Positions 44,452-52,927 of a stretch of DNA of 64,000 nucleotides are shown here, piece by piece. The notes beneath the pieces were generated by a model. That model worked only from the letters and a program-made list of their open reading frames with translations, did not search any database and was not told the DNA's origin. The stretch covers positions 34,471-98,470 of the forward strand of contig JBDRJV010000013.1 in NCBI GenBank assembly GCA_043814605.1, in the 5' to 3' direction. The translations under genes and the position numbers were made by a program. The stretch is from Candidatus Omnitrophota bacterium (GTDB lineage: Bacteria; Omnitrophota; Gorgyraeia; B26-G9). Within the stretch, counting starts at the first letter, position 1. Every line of letters starts with the position of its first letter.

Positions 44452-45405
44452 CTATTTCTTTTTAGTTGAATAATAGTCTAGCCATGCATCTGACCACAGA
44501 ATATGCGGTACATTTTTTTCTGAAATTTTTATAAAATCTCCATCCTTATATTGCCATTGCTCTATATGATGCTGCTCATACCCCATATGACCCGTTGTTT
44601 CTTTATCTGAAAAACCATATCCGACTTCTATAGTATTGTCATCTAAGCGCCGGGCTATCCCTTCAGCTAAACCTTCAAACTTTTTTATCAATTTTAAATT
44701 ATTTTCCTCTATTGCATATATTGCCAGTTCCTGAGAAAAACCATCTGCCCAGGCTTTATTGTATCTAACCCATAATTCATCTTTGCCGTCCCCATCAAGA
44801 TCATGAAATTCCGGCAACCAAATATATTGAATGTTATTTGTCCCTAAATCAAAATATATATTCTCAAATACTTTTTTCGGAACCCCTTTTTCATGTTCTA
44901 TTACAGTAATATATGGTTTCTGCTTATAATGTATCAATGTAAGAATAGCCGTCTTGTAATCCTTATCTTTCAGAACAGTCCACCCCTCTAAATAAGGGCT
45001 GCCAATAATCGACGCTATATATTTATCATTTTCACATGAAATTATTCCAAATGAATGAGTTTTAGCATTAATGTCAGCATCATCGTCACGCCCCCATTGA
45101 GAAATAGAGCTGAATATAAACCACTCTATAAAATCTGGCGAATATCTTCCAGAAATAAAAGCATTAGGTTTTGAAACTTTATAAGAGGTAAATAAAGGAT
45201 AGAGATCTGTCAAAGACTTATCGGTTTCTTCATCCATGAAGCTCGCACCCATATATCGTGCTAAGTAAAAGTCAGCATTCTCTTCATTGCCTTGCTCTAT
45301 AGATTGAGTCGCTTTTTCATAAAGTCCTGAATAATATTCATCATCATACGCATAAGCAATCTGAACCACAAAAAAGCATATTAATAAAATAAGTATTTTT
45401 TTCAT
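44452..45405 (-). CDS. Secreted hypothetical protein with a DxDGDG Ca-binding motif
   Basis: Signal peptide ...IAYA; DLDGDGKDEL. Confidence 0.75.
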   Translation of the reverse strand: MKKILILLICFFVVQIAYAYDDEYYSGLYEKATQSIEQGNEENADFYLARYMGASFMDEETDKSLTDLYPLFTSYKVSKPNAFISGRYSPDFIEWFIFSSISQWGRDDDADINAKTHSFGIISCENDKYIASIIGSPYLEGWTVLKDKDYKTAILTLIHYKQKPYITVIEHEKGVPKKVFENIYFDLGTNNIQYIWLPEFHDLDGDGKDELWVRYNKAWADGFSQELAIYAIEENNLKLIKKFEGLAEGIARRLDDNTIEVGYGFSDKETTGHMGYEQHHIEQWQYKDGDFIKISEKNVPHILWSDAWLDYYSTKKK

Positions 45406-45600
45406 CTCGCACCTCCTTGTGCTTTGTGGGTTAAAAATTTGTTTATCATAAAAATAAAAAACCTCCCATGGTTTTCACCAGGGAAGGTTTTACTTTTTTA
45501 ACGTCCGGGATTCCCCCTTCTAAACTCAGGACTTTTTAATTATATTTTTATTATGCTCCTATAGTTATTAGATGTCAAGCTTCCCTTTTATGCATCTTAA

Positions 45601-48009
45601 TCACAATACCTTTATGAATTCTGCAATAACCATGAATTCACCTTCGTTATTATTTGGAATTATAATTGGAACATATTCTGGATTCAACGGTAATAATGTT
45701 ATCTCCTCATGTTCCCAAGTTCCATCTGAGGCATACTTTTTCTTACTAGAGTATTTCTTTACTGTATATTGTCCTCCCGTATCGACATCTGAAATACTAT
45801 TATGTTGGACCAAAATTATTTTATTGGCTCTTGAACCAACAACATTTGCTCTAAATACACAATAGCTACCCTCTGGAATTCTAGGTTCCATAGACTTCCC
45901 AACCACTTTAGAAACAAACATATTTTTATCTAATCGTAACCCATCGGCTTTAATCCACCCCTCAGGAGAAGCATCTGTTCCTCTGCCAAACAATCCGCAA
46001 GCTGCCTCAAGAGCATATACTGGCAAATATTCTTTATATTTAAGATTATTATCAATATCTTGCTCAATTTTATAGATTAATTCCTCTTCTTCTGTTACTA
46101 AATCTGAAAATTTTAGTGTTTCCTTATCGAAAATCGGCGATCCTTCTATCCGTGATTTAAAAAACCTTTCTGTATCTTTATCCATAAAGTAAACATAACA
46201 CCCCTTCATTCCCCGACTAAGCAAAACTCTGTAAGTGTTTTTCACTAATTCTGCAAATTTGTTTTTAGAACGTTTAACAACACTGTCTGAAGATTTAGAG
46301 GGATTACCTATCCATTCTTGCTTGTCAAAATTATATACTAAATCTTCACCAAAAATAACTCCAACATAGTCAAATTCAAAACCCTGTGCTGTATACACAC
46401 ATCCTACTTGATCAATGCCATTGGGGTCATATGCCCACAAAGAAGCCTTTGGAATACCTGGCGCCAAACGTTTAGCTTCCGGCTTAGCATCCCATGGTCT
46501 TTTATAATCCCCTACAATAACATCATTTTTTAACGTGCCATCTTCATTCGGAAGTGACCAGTCCCAACAAAAACCCGCTGTTACTCTTCCTGTAAACCCC
46601 CGAGCAACTTTAGTTCGTATGGCATTTTCTAGTTCAAGCGGATTAGAAAATATCTTGAAATCAAATTCTTCATGCTGATCCCAAATAACATGGGCAGTTC
46701 TTTTAATCCCCAAGGTATTGTTTATCCAGCTCACAAAAGCATCAGAACCATTACAACGAAACTGGGCTTCTAATGCATATTCATGAAGCTTAATCTTATT
46801 ATCACTTGCTATCTTCTTAATATAATCAACAGAACCTATTTCATTTGGGCGTACTACTTGGTCATCATCAATAAAAAATACCGAAACTTTTGAAGCCTTA
46901 AGCAATTCCTCAATTTGCGTCTTTTTAGATCTGCTTGAACGCGGCGTGAATCGACTATTACTTGTCTCGCGTATACGATGTGCTTCATCCGCGATTAGAA
47001 TATCTATAGCATTCTCCTCAGCTTGGCTATAACTGTTAAAGTATTTAAACTGCACCGATCCACGGATACCTATAATTTTTCGCAATGTTTCTGTGAATGC
47101 CTTCGAACCAGTAGCATAATGAGAATTGTAGCCTTTTAATAGCAAATCAGCCATTAAATTAATTGCTATAACCGACTTGCCAGTGCCTGGCCCCCCTTTT
47201 ACAACAATTATTGATTTTTGCTTATCCTGAAAGCTTCTCTTTGCGCATGTTAAGACCGCATCGTAAACGATAAGTTGTTCATCCAACAGAATATATTCTG
47301 TTTTATTTTTAACGACATTGCCTACATGGTCCATAAGTTTCTTATTTGGACGATATTTACTTTCTTCAATTCTCTGCAAAACATCTAACCCGTCACCGGT
47401 TAAAAGTCTATTACGCAAATAGTTCGTTAGCCTTTCAACATCGTCAGCTGTAAATAATGGGTATCTCTCAAGAGAGTTTTGAAATTTATCTGAAAAAATA
47501 ACATCTTCGGAATAATAGTTGTAGTTATGTAAATAAGTGCAGGCGTTCAAAGCAACAGGATTATCTTCACTGTTAAATGCTGTATGAGTATCCTCTAGAT
47601 AGAGATGATATTGCCCAACTTGAACAGATGGATGCAACACTTCTCTCTTTGCGCCGCCAACCCATGTGAGTACTTCGTTATCACCATATGCTTCTTCGCA
47701 CTTCTCCCATTGTTTTAATTCCACAATTACTGCATTATCAGTTTTTTGCTGATCGCGGCCACAAATCATACAATCCAATCGACGAGATGTTAAAGGAAGC
47801 TGATACTCGAGCATTACCCCATGATCCATCAACTCGGCATATTGAAAAACCTGACTTATTGATCGCAGGGAATTACGCCAAGAATTAATTTCTGCAGGAG
47901 AAGGGTTATAACGGTAATATCCAAAAAAAGCATTTTTTAGTTTCTCAGCGATCTGATTGTGAATAGCATCTTGAATAAACTGTTTTGATGTCCCTGAATA
48001 AAGTCTCAT
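45601..48009 (-). CDS. DUF2075 nuclease-helicase with C-terminal S24-like domain
   Basis: RLD...VELKQW (PD-(D/E)xK-like), GGPGTGKS, DEAHR, YTAQGFEFDY, YRVLLSRG; GKSMEPRI...YTVKKY. Confidence 0.88.
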   Translation of the reverse strand: MRLYSGTSKQFIQDAIHNQIAEKLKNAFFGYYRYNPSPAEINSWRNSLRSISQVFQYAELMDHGVMLEYQLPLTSRRLDCMICGRDQQKTDNAVIVELKQWEKCEEAYGDNEVLTWVGGAKREVLHPSVQVGQYHLYLEDTHTAFNSEDNPVALNACTYLHNYNYYSEDVIFSDKFQNSLERYPLFTADDVERLTNYLRNRLLTGDGLDVLQRIEESKYRPNKKLMDHVGNVVKNKTEYILLDEQLIVYDAVLTCAKRSFQDKQKSIIVVKGGPGTGKSVIAINLMADLLLKGYNSHYATGSKAFTETLRKIIGIRGSVQFKYFNSYSQAEENAIDILIADEAHRIRETSNSRFTPRSSRSKKTQIEELLKASKVSVFFIDDDQVVRPNEIGSVDYIKKIASDNKIKLHEYALEAQFRCNGSDAFVSWINNTLGIKRTAHVIWDQHEEFDFKIFSNPLELENAIRTKVARGFTGRVTAGFCWDWSLPNEDGTLKNDVIVGDYKRPWDAKPEAKRLAPGIPKASLWAYDPNGIDQVGCVYTAQGFEFDYVGVIFGEDLVYNFDKQEWIGNPSKSSDSVVKRSKNKFAELVKNTYRVLLSRGMKGCYVYFMDKDTERFFKSRIEGSPIFDKETLKFSDLVTEEEELIYKIEQDIDNNLKYKEYLPVYALEAACGLFGRGTDASPEGWIKADGLRLDKNMFVSKVVGKSMEPRIPEGSYCVFRANVVGSRANKIILVQHNSISDVDTGGQYTVKKYSSKKKYASDGTWEHEEITLLPLNPEYVPIIIPNNNEGEFMVIAEFIKVL

Positions 48010-48353
48010 AATTTATTGTACTTTGTATGTTTACCTTTAGCTTTTTCGGCAGGATACTTTTTAGCATTTTTAAGTAATTTTTTGTCCATAGCATCAATCA
48101 AATTTATCCCCAAGTTATCAGACAACTCAAAGAGATATAATGCTATATCAGCAATTTCATCTTGAATTTTATCTTGATTATTCTTTGCGTATTCTTCAAC
48201 CTCCTGAATAGTCTTCCACTGAAAATGTTCCAGCAATTCCGAAGCCTCTAAAATTATTGAAACTGCCATATTTTTAGGATCATGAAATTGCATCCAATCA
48301 CGTTCATCACGGAATTTTTTTATTCTTTCAATAATCGCCTTTACTTCACTCAT
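48006..48353 (-). CDS. MazG-like nucleotide pyrophosphohydrolase
   Basis: ERDWMQFHDPKN, EASELLEHFQW, DEIAD, NAKKYP. Confidence 0.93.
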   Translation of the reverse strand: MSEVKAIIERIKKFRDERDWMQFHDPKNMAVSIILEASELLEHFQWKTIQEVEEYAKNNQDKIQDEIADIALYLFELSDNLGINLIDAMDKKLLKNAKKYPAEKAKGKHTKYNKL

Positions 48354-48432
48354 CTTCTCCCTCCTAATAATTCTTCACATATCTTTCAATGGCCAGGATT
48401 CTATGCCATCAGTATAATATTTACATAAAATT

Positions 48433-49308
48433 TCAAATTTTTCCCATAACCTTATTTATCCTCTTCAACGCCGTGTCCAAATCAAAATGCTCCCGTTCGC
48501 TGACGGTCAGAACATCAAACAACTCATTCTCAATCCGCGAATTCATCTCTTTGATTTCTTTATCTGAGCGGCCGAGGTTGGTTTTGTACTTTGCCAGATC
48601 GGGATCGCCGTTGTCTTCTTCAATCTTTTTCGCAAATAACTTTAAAACTTTTTTATCTGTCAGATTAAAACCCTGACGGATAATAAAATCAAGATCATAG
48701 AAATCGCGTGGAGCGATTGTCTTTCGTATTGCAGCAGCTCTTAACTTCTCACTAACAATCTCTTGTAACGACAGACAATTGACTTTTCCGCCATCAAATA
48801 ATGGCACATCAGAAAAGGGATTAAGAAATTTGTGTTTAACCTCTTTGGTCTCTGGTTTTAAAATTGGGTTATACCTTAAGCCCACTTCAAATTTTATTGT
48901 TTGCAGTGACGGCAAAAGCACAGAATCATATACAAGATAATAAACATATTGTTTTGATACATTTCTTCCTGCGTTTTCTGCCCCTTCAATCCTCATATCA
49001 AATTGTTTGGCAAATTCCTCTATATTGTCTTTTACGGGCTGAATGCATTTACGCCTGTTTCCGCGAGTAGTCGTATAATCAGGAAGTCGCATGCTAAAGT
49101 CTAAATCTTCACTCAAACGATAATATGAATAATAAATCTTGTTGAGGCACGTCCCACCTTTAAAAATCAGATTATCCGAAAGCTCATTGATTTTCGAAAG
49201 AAAGAGTGTCAGATAATAGTCCTTTTCCATTAACGGGGCATAAAATCCCGTTAAGGAAGCAATGCGGTCAACTAATTTAGAAAATTTGTCTTTATCTCTA
49301 TGTATCAT
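48433..49308 (-). CDS. abiEii: AbiEii nucleotidyltransferase toxin (type IV TA)
   Basis: EKDY, FKGGTCL, RLSEDLDF, EKLRA, RDFYD. Confidence 0.93.
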   Translation of the reverse strand: MIHRDKDKFSKLVDRIASLTGFYAPLMEKDYYLTLFLSKINELSDNLIFKGGTCLNKIYYSYYRLSEDLDFSMRLPDYTTTRGNRRKCIQPVKDNIEEFAKQFDMRIEGAENAGRNVSKQYVYYLVYDSVLLPSLQTIKFEVGLRYNPILKPETKEVKHKFLNPFSDVPLFDGGKVNCLSLQEIVSEKLRAAAIRKTIAPRDFYDLDFIIRQGFNLTDKKVLKLFAKKIEEDNGDPDLAKYKTNLGRSDKEIKEMNSRIENELFDVLTVSEREHFDLDTALKRINKVMGKI

Positions 49309-50089
49309 TAGTAATGATTTTCCATCGTTTATTGATAGAGCCTTTGCGAGAATCCGATAAAGAAATAAGCGAAGTATTCTTCACGCATTTTTCTATCGGT
49401 TTTAGCATATTGTCTGAAACGCCAGCCAGCTCGAGATTAAAACCAATTGCCTTTTTCGTTTTAACTGCCGAGAATTTAATAGTATATTCAATCAGCTTTT
49501 TTATATCGCATTTCTTTTCTGAGACAAATCGCCTTAAGATTTCACCAGCTGCTTTTATACCGCCAACAGGGCGATTAAAATAAATAAGATCGATCAAAGT
49601 CCTCTCTTTTGAGCTGACAATTATTTCTTTTCCCTTTATGTTTATTTTTTCTAAACCATAAAACCTGTTTGATGGTATTTTTACAAATTTAAATGATACC
49701 CCCGCTATCGTTTTTTTCATACAACGAGTGGTATTAAGAACATAAACTATCTGAAACTGCTGATCAGTAAAACCATAATAATTAAACATAGTTGAATAAC
49801 CGATATAATAATTATCCTTTGGGAAGAATATTGGCGGGATTAAAAATTCACTCACTCTTCGGCCGGTTGGCACAGACTCTAAAGGCACATAGATATAAAC
49901 TCCCCTTTTAACGGGTTTCAAGATTCCCTTCTTTTTCAGATTATAAACCAGCTGCTTTCGATAAGAAAAATCCCCAGGCAAAAAGGAATCCAGCTCTTGC
50001 GCCGTTACAATATCCTTCTCCTCATAAGAGAGCCGGGCAACAATTTCAGCCTCTTTTTGGTTCAAAGCACTTATTGTATTTTTCTTCAT
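49298..50089 (-). CDS. abiEi: AbiEi antitoxin (type IV TA)
   Basis: N-terminal wHTH KRGVY, YIGYSTMFNYYGFTDQ, ERTLID; overlaps abiEii. Confidence 0.88.
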   Translation of the reverse strand: MKKNTISALNQKEAEIVARLSYEEKDIVTAQELDSFLPGDFSYRKQLVYNLKKKGILKPVKRGVYIYVPLESVPTGRRVSEFLIPPIFFPKDNYYIGYSTMFNYYGFTDQQFQIVYVLNTTRCMKKTIAGVSFKFVKIPSNRFYGLEKINIKGKEIIVSSKERTLIDLIYFNRPVGGIKAAGEILRRFVSEKKCDIKKLIEYTIKFSAVKTKKAIGFNLELAGVSDNMLKPIEKCVKNTSLISLSDSRKGSINKRWKIITNDT

Positions 50090-50557
50090 AATAAGTAACT
50101 CCTACGGTTACCTTTGTATAACATTTATACATAAGCTAGAATACCATATTTTTGGTTATTGTCAATACTATTATTTAAGCCTGAATTCCATATTTTCATT
50201 TTCGAAAATACCTTCAGAAGGGATTTACAGGAAGGAAAATTACAACAAAACAACTTAAAAGGCCCTAAAAATACAAAGAGCGAACAACGCAATGAAGCAT
50301 TATTCGCTCAGAGTATGAATTGGCTCCCCTACCCATAGTTTTGATTCTCAAAACAGGCATGGGCACAGGCGCGAGGACTCGGCTACTACACTCCCAACAT
50401 CGTGTTGGTCTATTGCGTAGCCTCCCCTACATTCACTAAATTTGCAGTCCACGCCCAGTACCGTCCCGCCTTGGCGGGACTGGTTCTGGGCTGCAAATTT
50501 GAGCTCCCACTTGGTCGCTCCGTTCACTCCGCTTCGATTCCTAGCCCGGGATGATGC

Positions 50558-50599
50558 AAAAAAAAATCGGGAGTCCGTTTTGGACTCCCGTATTTTTTT
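50558..50599. terminator. Terminator after tRNA-Asn; near copy at 42360-42396
   Basis: AAAAAATCGGGAGTCC-GTTTT-GGACTCCCGTATTTTTTT. Confidence 0.85.
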
Positions 50600-50640
50600 T
50601 GGCTCCCCCGCGAGGACTCGAACCTCGGACAAATTGGTTA

Positions 50641-51212
50641 CAGGTAATCTCTAAGTTTCCTTAAAGCCTGGACTATCTCATCTCCATATTTGCAAAAGCA
50701 AGTTTAGGAGCTGGGCGCTTCGTACCGCTCTCGCGGAACTACTTCCTTCCGGAATAGTCTCTGCACCTTTCCGCCAAAAAACTTGGCGGACTTGGCTCAG
50801 GATTCCCTTATGGTTTTCTAACTTACCACTTAGGCTTTCCTGAGTTCACCCAGTTTTTCATCTTAATGTTTCCATTAAGCGCTGCTATTTTTGGCATGAA
50901 TTTCTCGATGACAATTAGCACAAACTAATTCACATTTTTCAATTTCATCCTTAACTTTTTTCCAAGAACGAGTATACCCTTTTTGGGATATACCAAAATC
51001 CTTGTCTGATTCGTTAATATGATGAAATTCTAATGCTTCAGGACAATTATTGTAACCGCAAATTTTACATTTTCCGCCTTTATATTCAACAGCTTTAATG
51101 CGTAAATTTTTACGGCGTTTGCGCACAGCTTCGATTAAATAATCTCTTCTATCCGCATATTTCCTTTTGTCCTTAATTAGCGCCAAAAGCACCTCCTTTT
51201 CACACCCTGACT
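50641..51212 (-). ncRNA. Group I self-splicing intron (572 nt)
   Basis: 5' exon ends in U, intron ends in G; P AACUCAGGAAA, Q AAUCCUGAGC, R GUGCAGAGACUA, S GAGAUAGUCC; P3 CUGGGUG/CGCCCAG; IGS GCAGC at 50881-50885. Confidence 0.93.
50875..51192 (-). CDS. Intron-encoded HNH endonuclease
   Basis: CKICGY...LEFHH...CELVCANCHREIH; AGGAGG RBS inside the intron 5' end. Confidence 0.9.
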   Translation of the reverse strand: MLLALIKDKRKYADRRDYLIEAVRKRRKNLRIKAVEYKGGKCKICGYNNCPEALEFHHINESDKDFGISQKGYTRSWKKVKDEIEKCELVCANCHREIHAKNSSA

Positions 51213-51385
51213 ACAGCCAATCGCTCTACCAACTGAGCTACAGGGGAACCGATAAATCAGCTATTAGCTCATGGCTTATAGCTCATAGATAAAAAGAACA
51301 ATACTTCTAAAAATCATGGGGGAACCTAAAAACAGTCTTAAGTTTTAAGACTTGAGTTTTAAGTTATAAAAAGAACAAATTACAA

Positions 51386-52225
51386 CTATTCTAACTTTTC
51401 ATCAATACTGGGAAGATCGGTCTGCTCATTAGCAGCCTGAGGTTCCGCTTGATTAAGAATCGCAAATAATAATGTTAAAATTACACAGCTGGCAAATACA
51501 CTGAAAAAAGCATTGAGAGTTGATGTTAATAAAATATTTATGATTGATAATCCCCAGCCTTTTACGACATTTCCAACCAACACACCCAAAATATTAACAA
51601 CCAAAGAAAGCCCACCCAGACAAAAGCCTAAAATTATAAATACAAGAACTGCTTTGCCAAAATATTTTTTAATAAGCCCAAAACCTTTTTTTAAAGAATC
51701 GATTGCCTTACCATCTTGAGATACAGCTAAATACTGGCTCATTAATAACGGCATTGCTACAAGAAAAGCTATAATTAAAGTGAGGAATAAAATAATACCG
51801 CCAATAATATTAAAAAATATGTTATTCCCTCCGCCTAAAGCAATAAATATTCCGCTTAAAAATGCACCAATAAACCAAATAATAAGAGAAATCATCGCTC
51901 CCATAATGTTTATTGCCACAAGCCGGGTAAAAAATTTAACACAATTTCCCGGAAACTCATTTAAATCAACATTGTTACCCTTTATCCCGGAAGTACAGGC
52001 CGCAATTATACCGCCTTCCATTAAAAACCAAAGTAACATTAATACTACAAATAATATTAATAATATTCCTGTAATACTGGTTATCTTCTCCGGAGTAGGT
52101 TCAACCCCAATAACCATAAGCAGCCCGGTCGCAGTTACAAAATTAAAGGCAAAGACAACAACCATGACTGAAAGCAAATTTTTTGAAGCTTCCCAACTCT
52201 TTTTAACCATTTCAATTACGCCCAT
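51386..52225 (-). CDS. Multi-pass membrane protein of unknown function
   Basis: About six hydrophobic segments; AIDSLKKGF. Confidence 0.75.
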   Translation of the reverse strand: MGVIEMVKKSWEASKNLLSVMVVVFAFNFVTATGLLMVIGVEPTPEKITSITGILLILFVVLMLLWFLMEGGIIAACTSGIKGNNVDLNEFPGNCVKFFTRLVAINIMGAMISLIIWFIGAFLSGIFIALGGGNNIFFNIIGGIILFLTLIIAFLVAMPLLMSQYLAVSQDGKAIDSLKKGFGLIKKYFGKAVLVFIILGFCLGGLSLVVNILGVLVGNVVKGWGLSIINILLTSTLNAFFSVFASCVILTLLFAILNQAEPQAANEQTDLPSIDEKLE

Positions 52226-52304
52226 AATTTTTCTCCTTTGTCTGCGGTTTATGCAGATTTGCTTAATTAGTAAAAACGAATTGTAGCAAGAATACAGCCC
52301 CTTG

Positions 52305-52910
52305 TCAAGCTCTAACTTCCCTTCTTCCCTCTAAAGCTTCAGAAATTGTCGCCGAATCAATATGCCCAATATTACTGCCCACCGGAATGCCTTGCGCAAT
52401 CCGGGTAATTTTTACATTTAAAGGAGTTAAGATGTGATTTAAATATTGCGCAGTCGTCTGTCCCTCCCGGCCGGAACTTGTGGCAATAATCACTTCTTTT
52501 ATATTATTTTCTTTGATACGCAATATCAGCTTTTTCAAAGGTAAATCATCCGGCCCTGTACCGTCCAAAGGAGATAATTTACCCCAAAGTACATGATATA
52601 ATCCATTATATCTGCCTGTAGTTTCTATGGCAATAACATCTTGCGGGTCTTCAACCACACAAATTACTTTATCTTTTGTTTGAGCATTCTGACAAATAGG
52701 GCAAAGCTTGCTTTCGGCAAAATAATTACAGTGCGCACAACGCTGGGTATTTTCCCGGGCATTAATAATTGCCTCGGCTAAAGCCTTGGCTCTTAAAGGA
52801 GATGTCTTTAATAAATGTAATGCCATTCTTTCTGCTGATTTCGGCCCGATTGTCGGAAGTTTAGCCAATTCTTCAATAAGTTTTTCTAAAAATTTTGTGT
52901 ATCCGCGCAT
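52305..52910 (-). CDS. recR: Recombination mediator RecR
   Basis: LPTIGPKSAER, C4 zinc finger, ICVVE, YHVLWG. Confidence 0.97.
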   Translation of the reverse strand: MRGYTKFLEKLIEELAKLPTIGPKSAERMALHLLKTSPLRAKALAEAIINARENTQRCAHCNYFAESKLCPICQNAQTKDKVICVVEDPQDVIAIETTGRYNGLYHVLWGKLSPLDGTGPDDLPLKKLILRIKENNIKEVIIATSSGREGQTTAQYLNHILTPLNVKITRIAQGIPVGSNIGHIDSATISEALEGRREVRA

Positions 52911-52927
52911 TTTATTTTCGTTGCTGC

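Larger units (their letters stand above)
50600..51247 (-). tRNA. tRNA-Asn(GUU), exons 51247-51213 and 50640-50600, split by a group I intron
   Basis: Spliced sequence UCCCCUGUAGCUCAGUUGGUAGAGCGAUUGGCUGU|UAACCAAUUUGUCCGAGGUUCGAGUCCUCGCGGGGGAGCCA is a 76-nt cloverleaf with encoded CCA. Confidence 0.95.

Noticed and set aside
52911-52927. Absence of ybaB/ebfC between dnaX and recR
   Set aside because: Common variation; the gene may lie elsewhere
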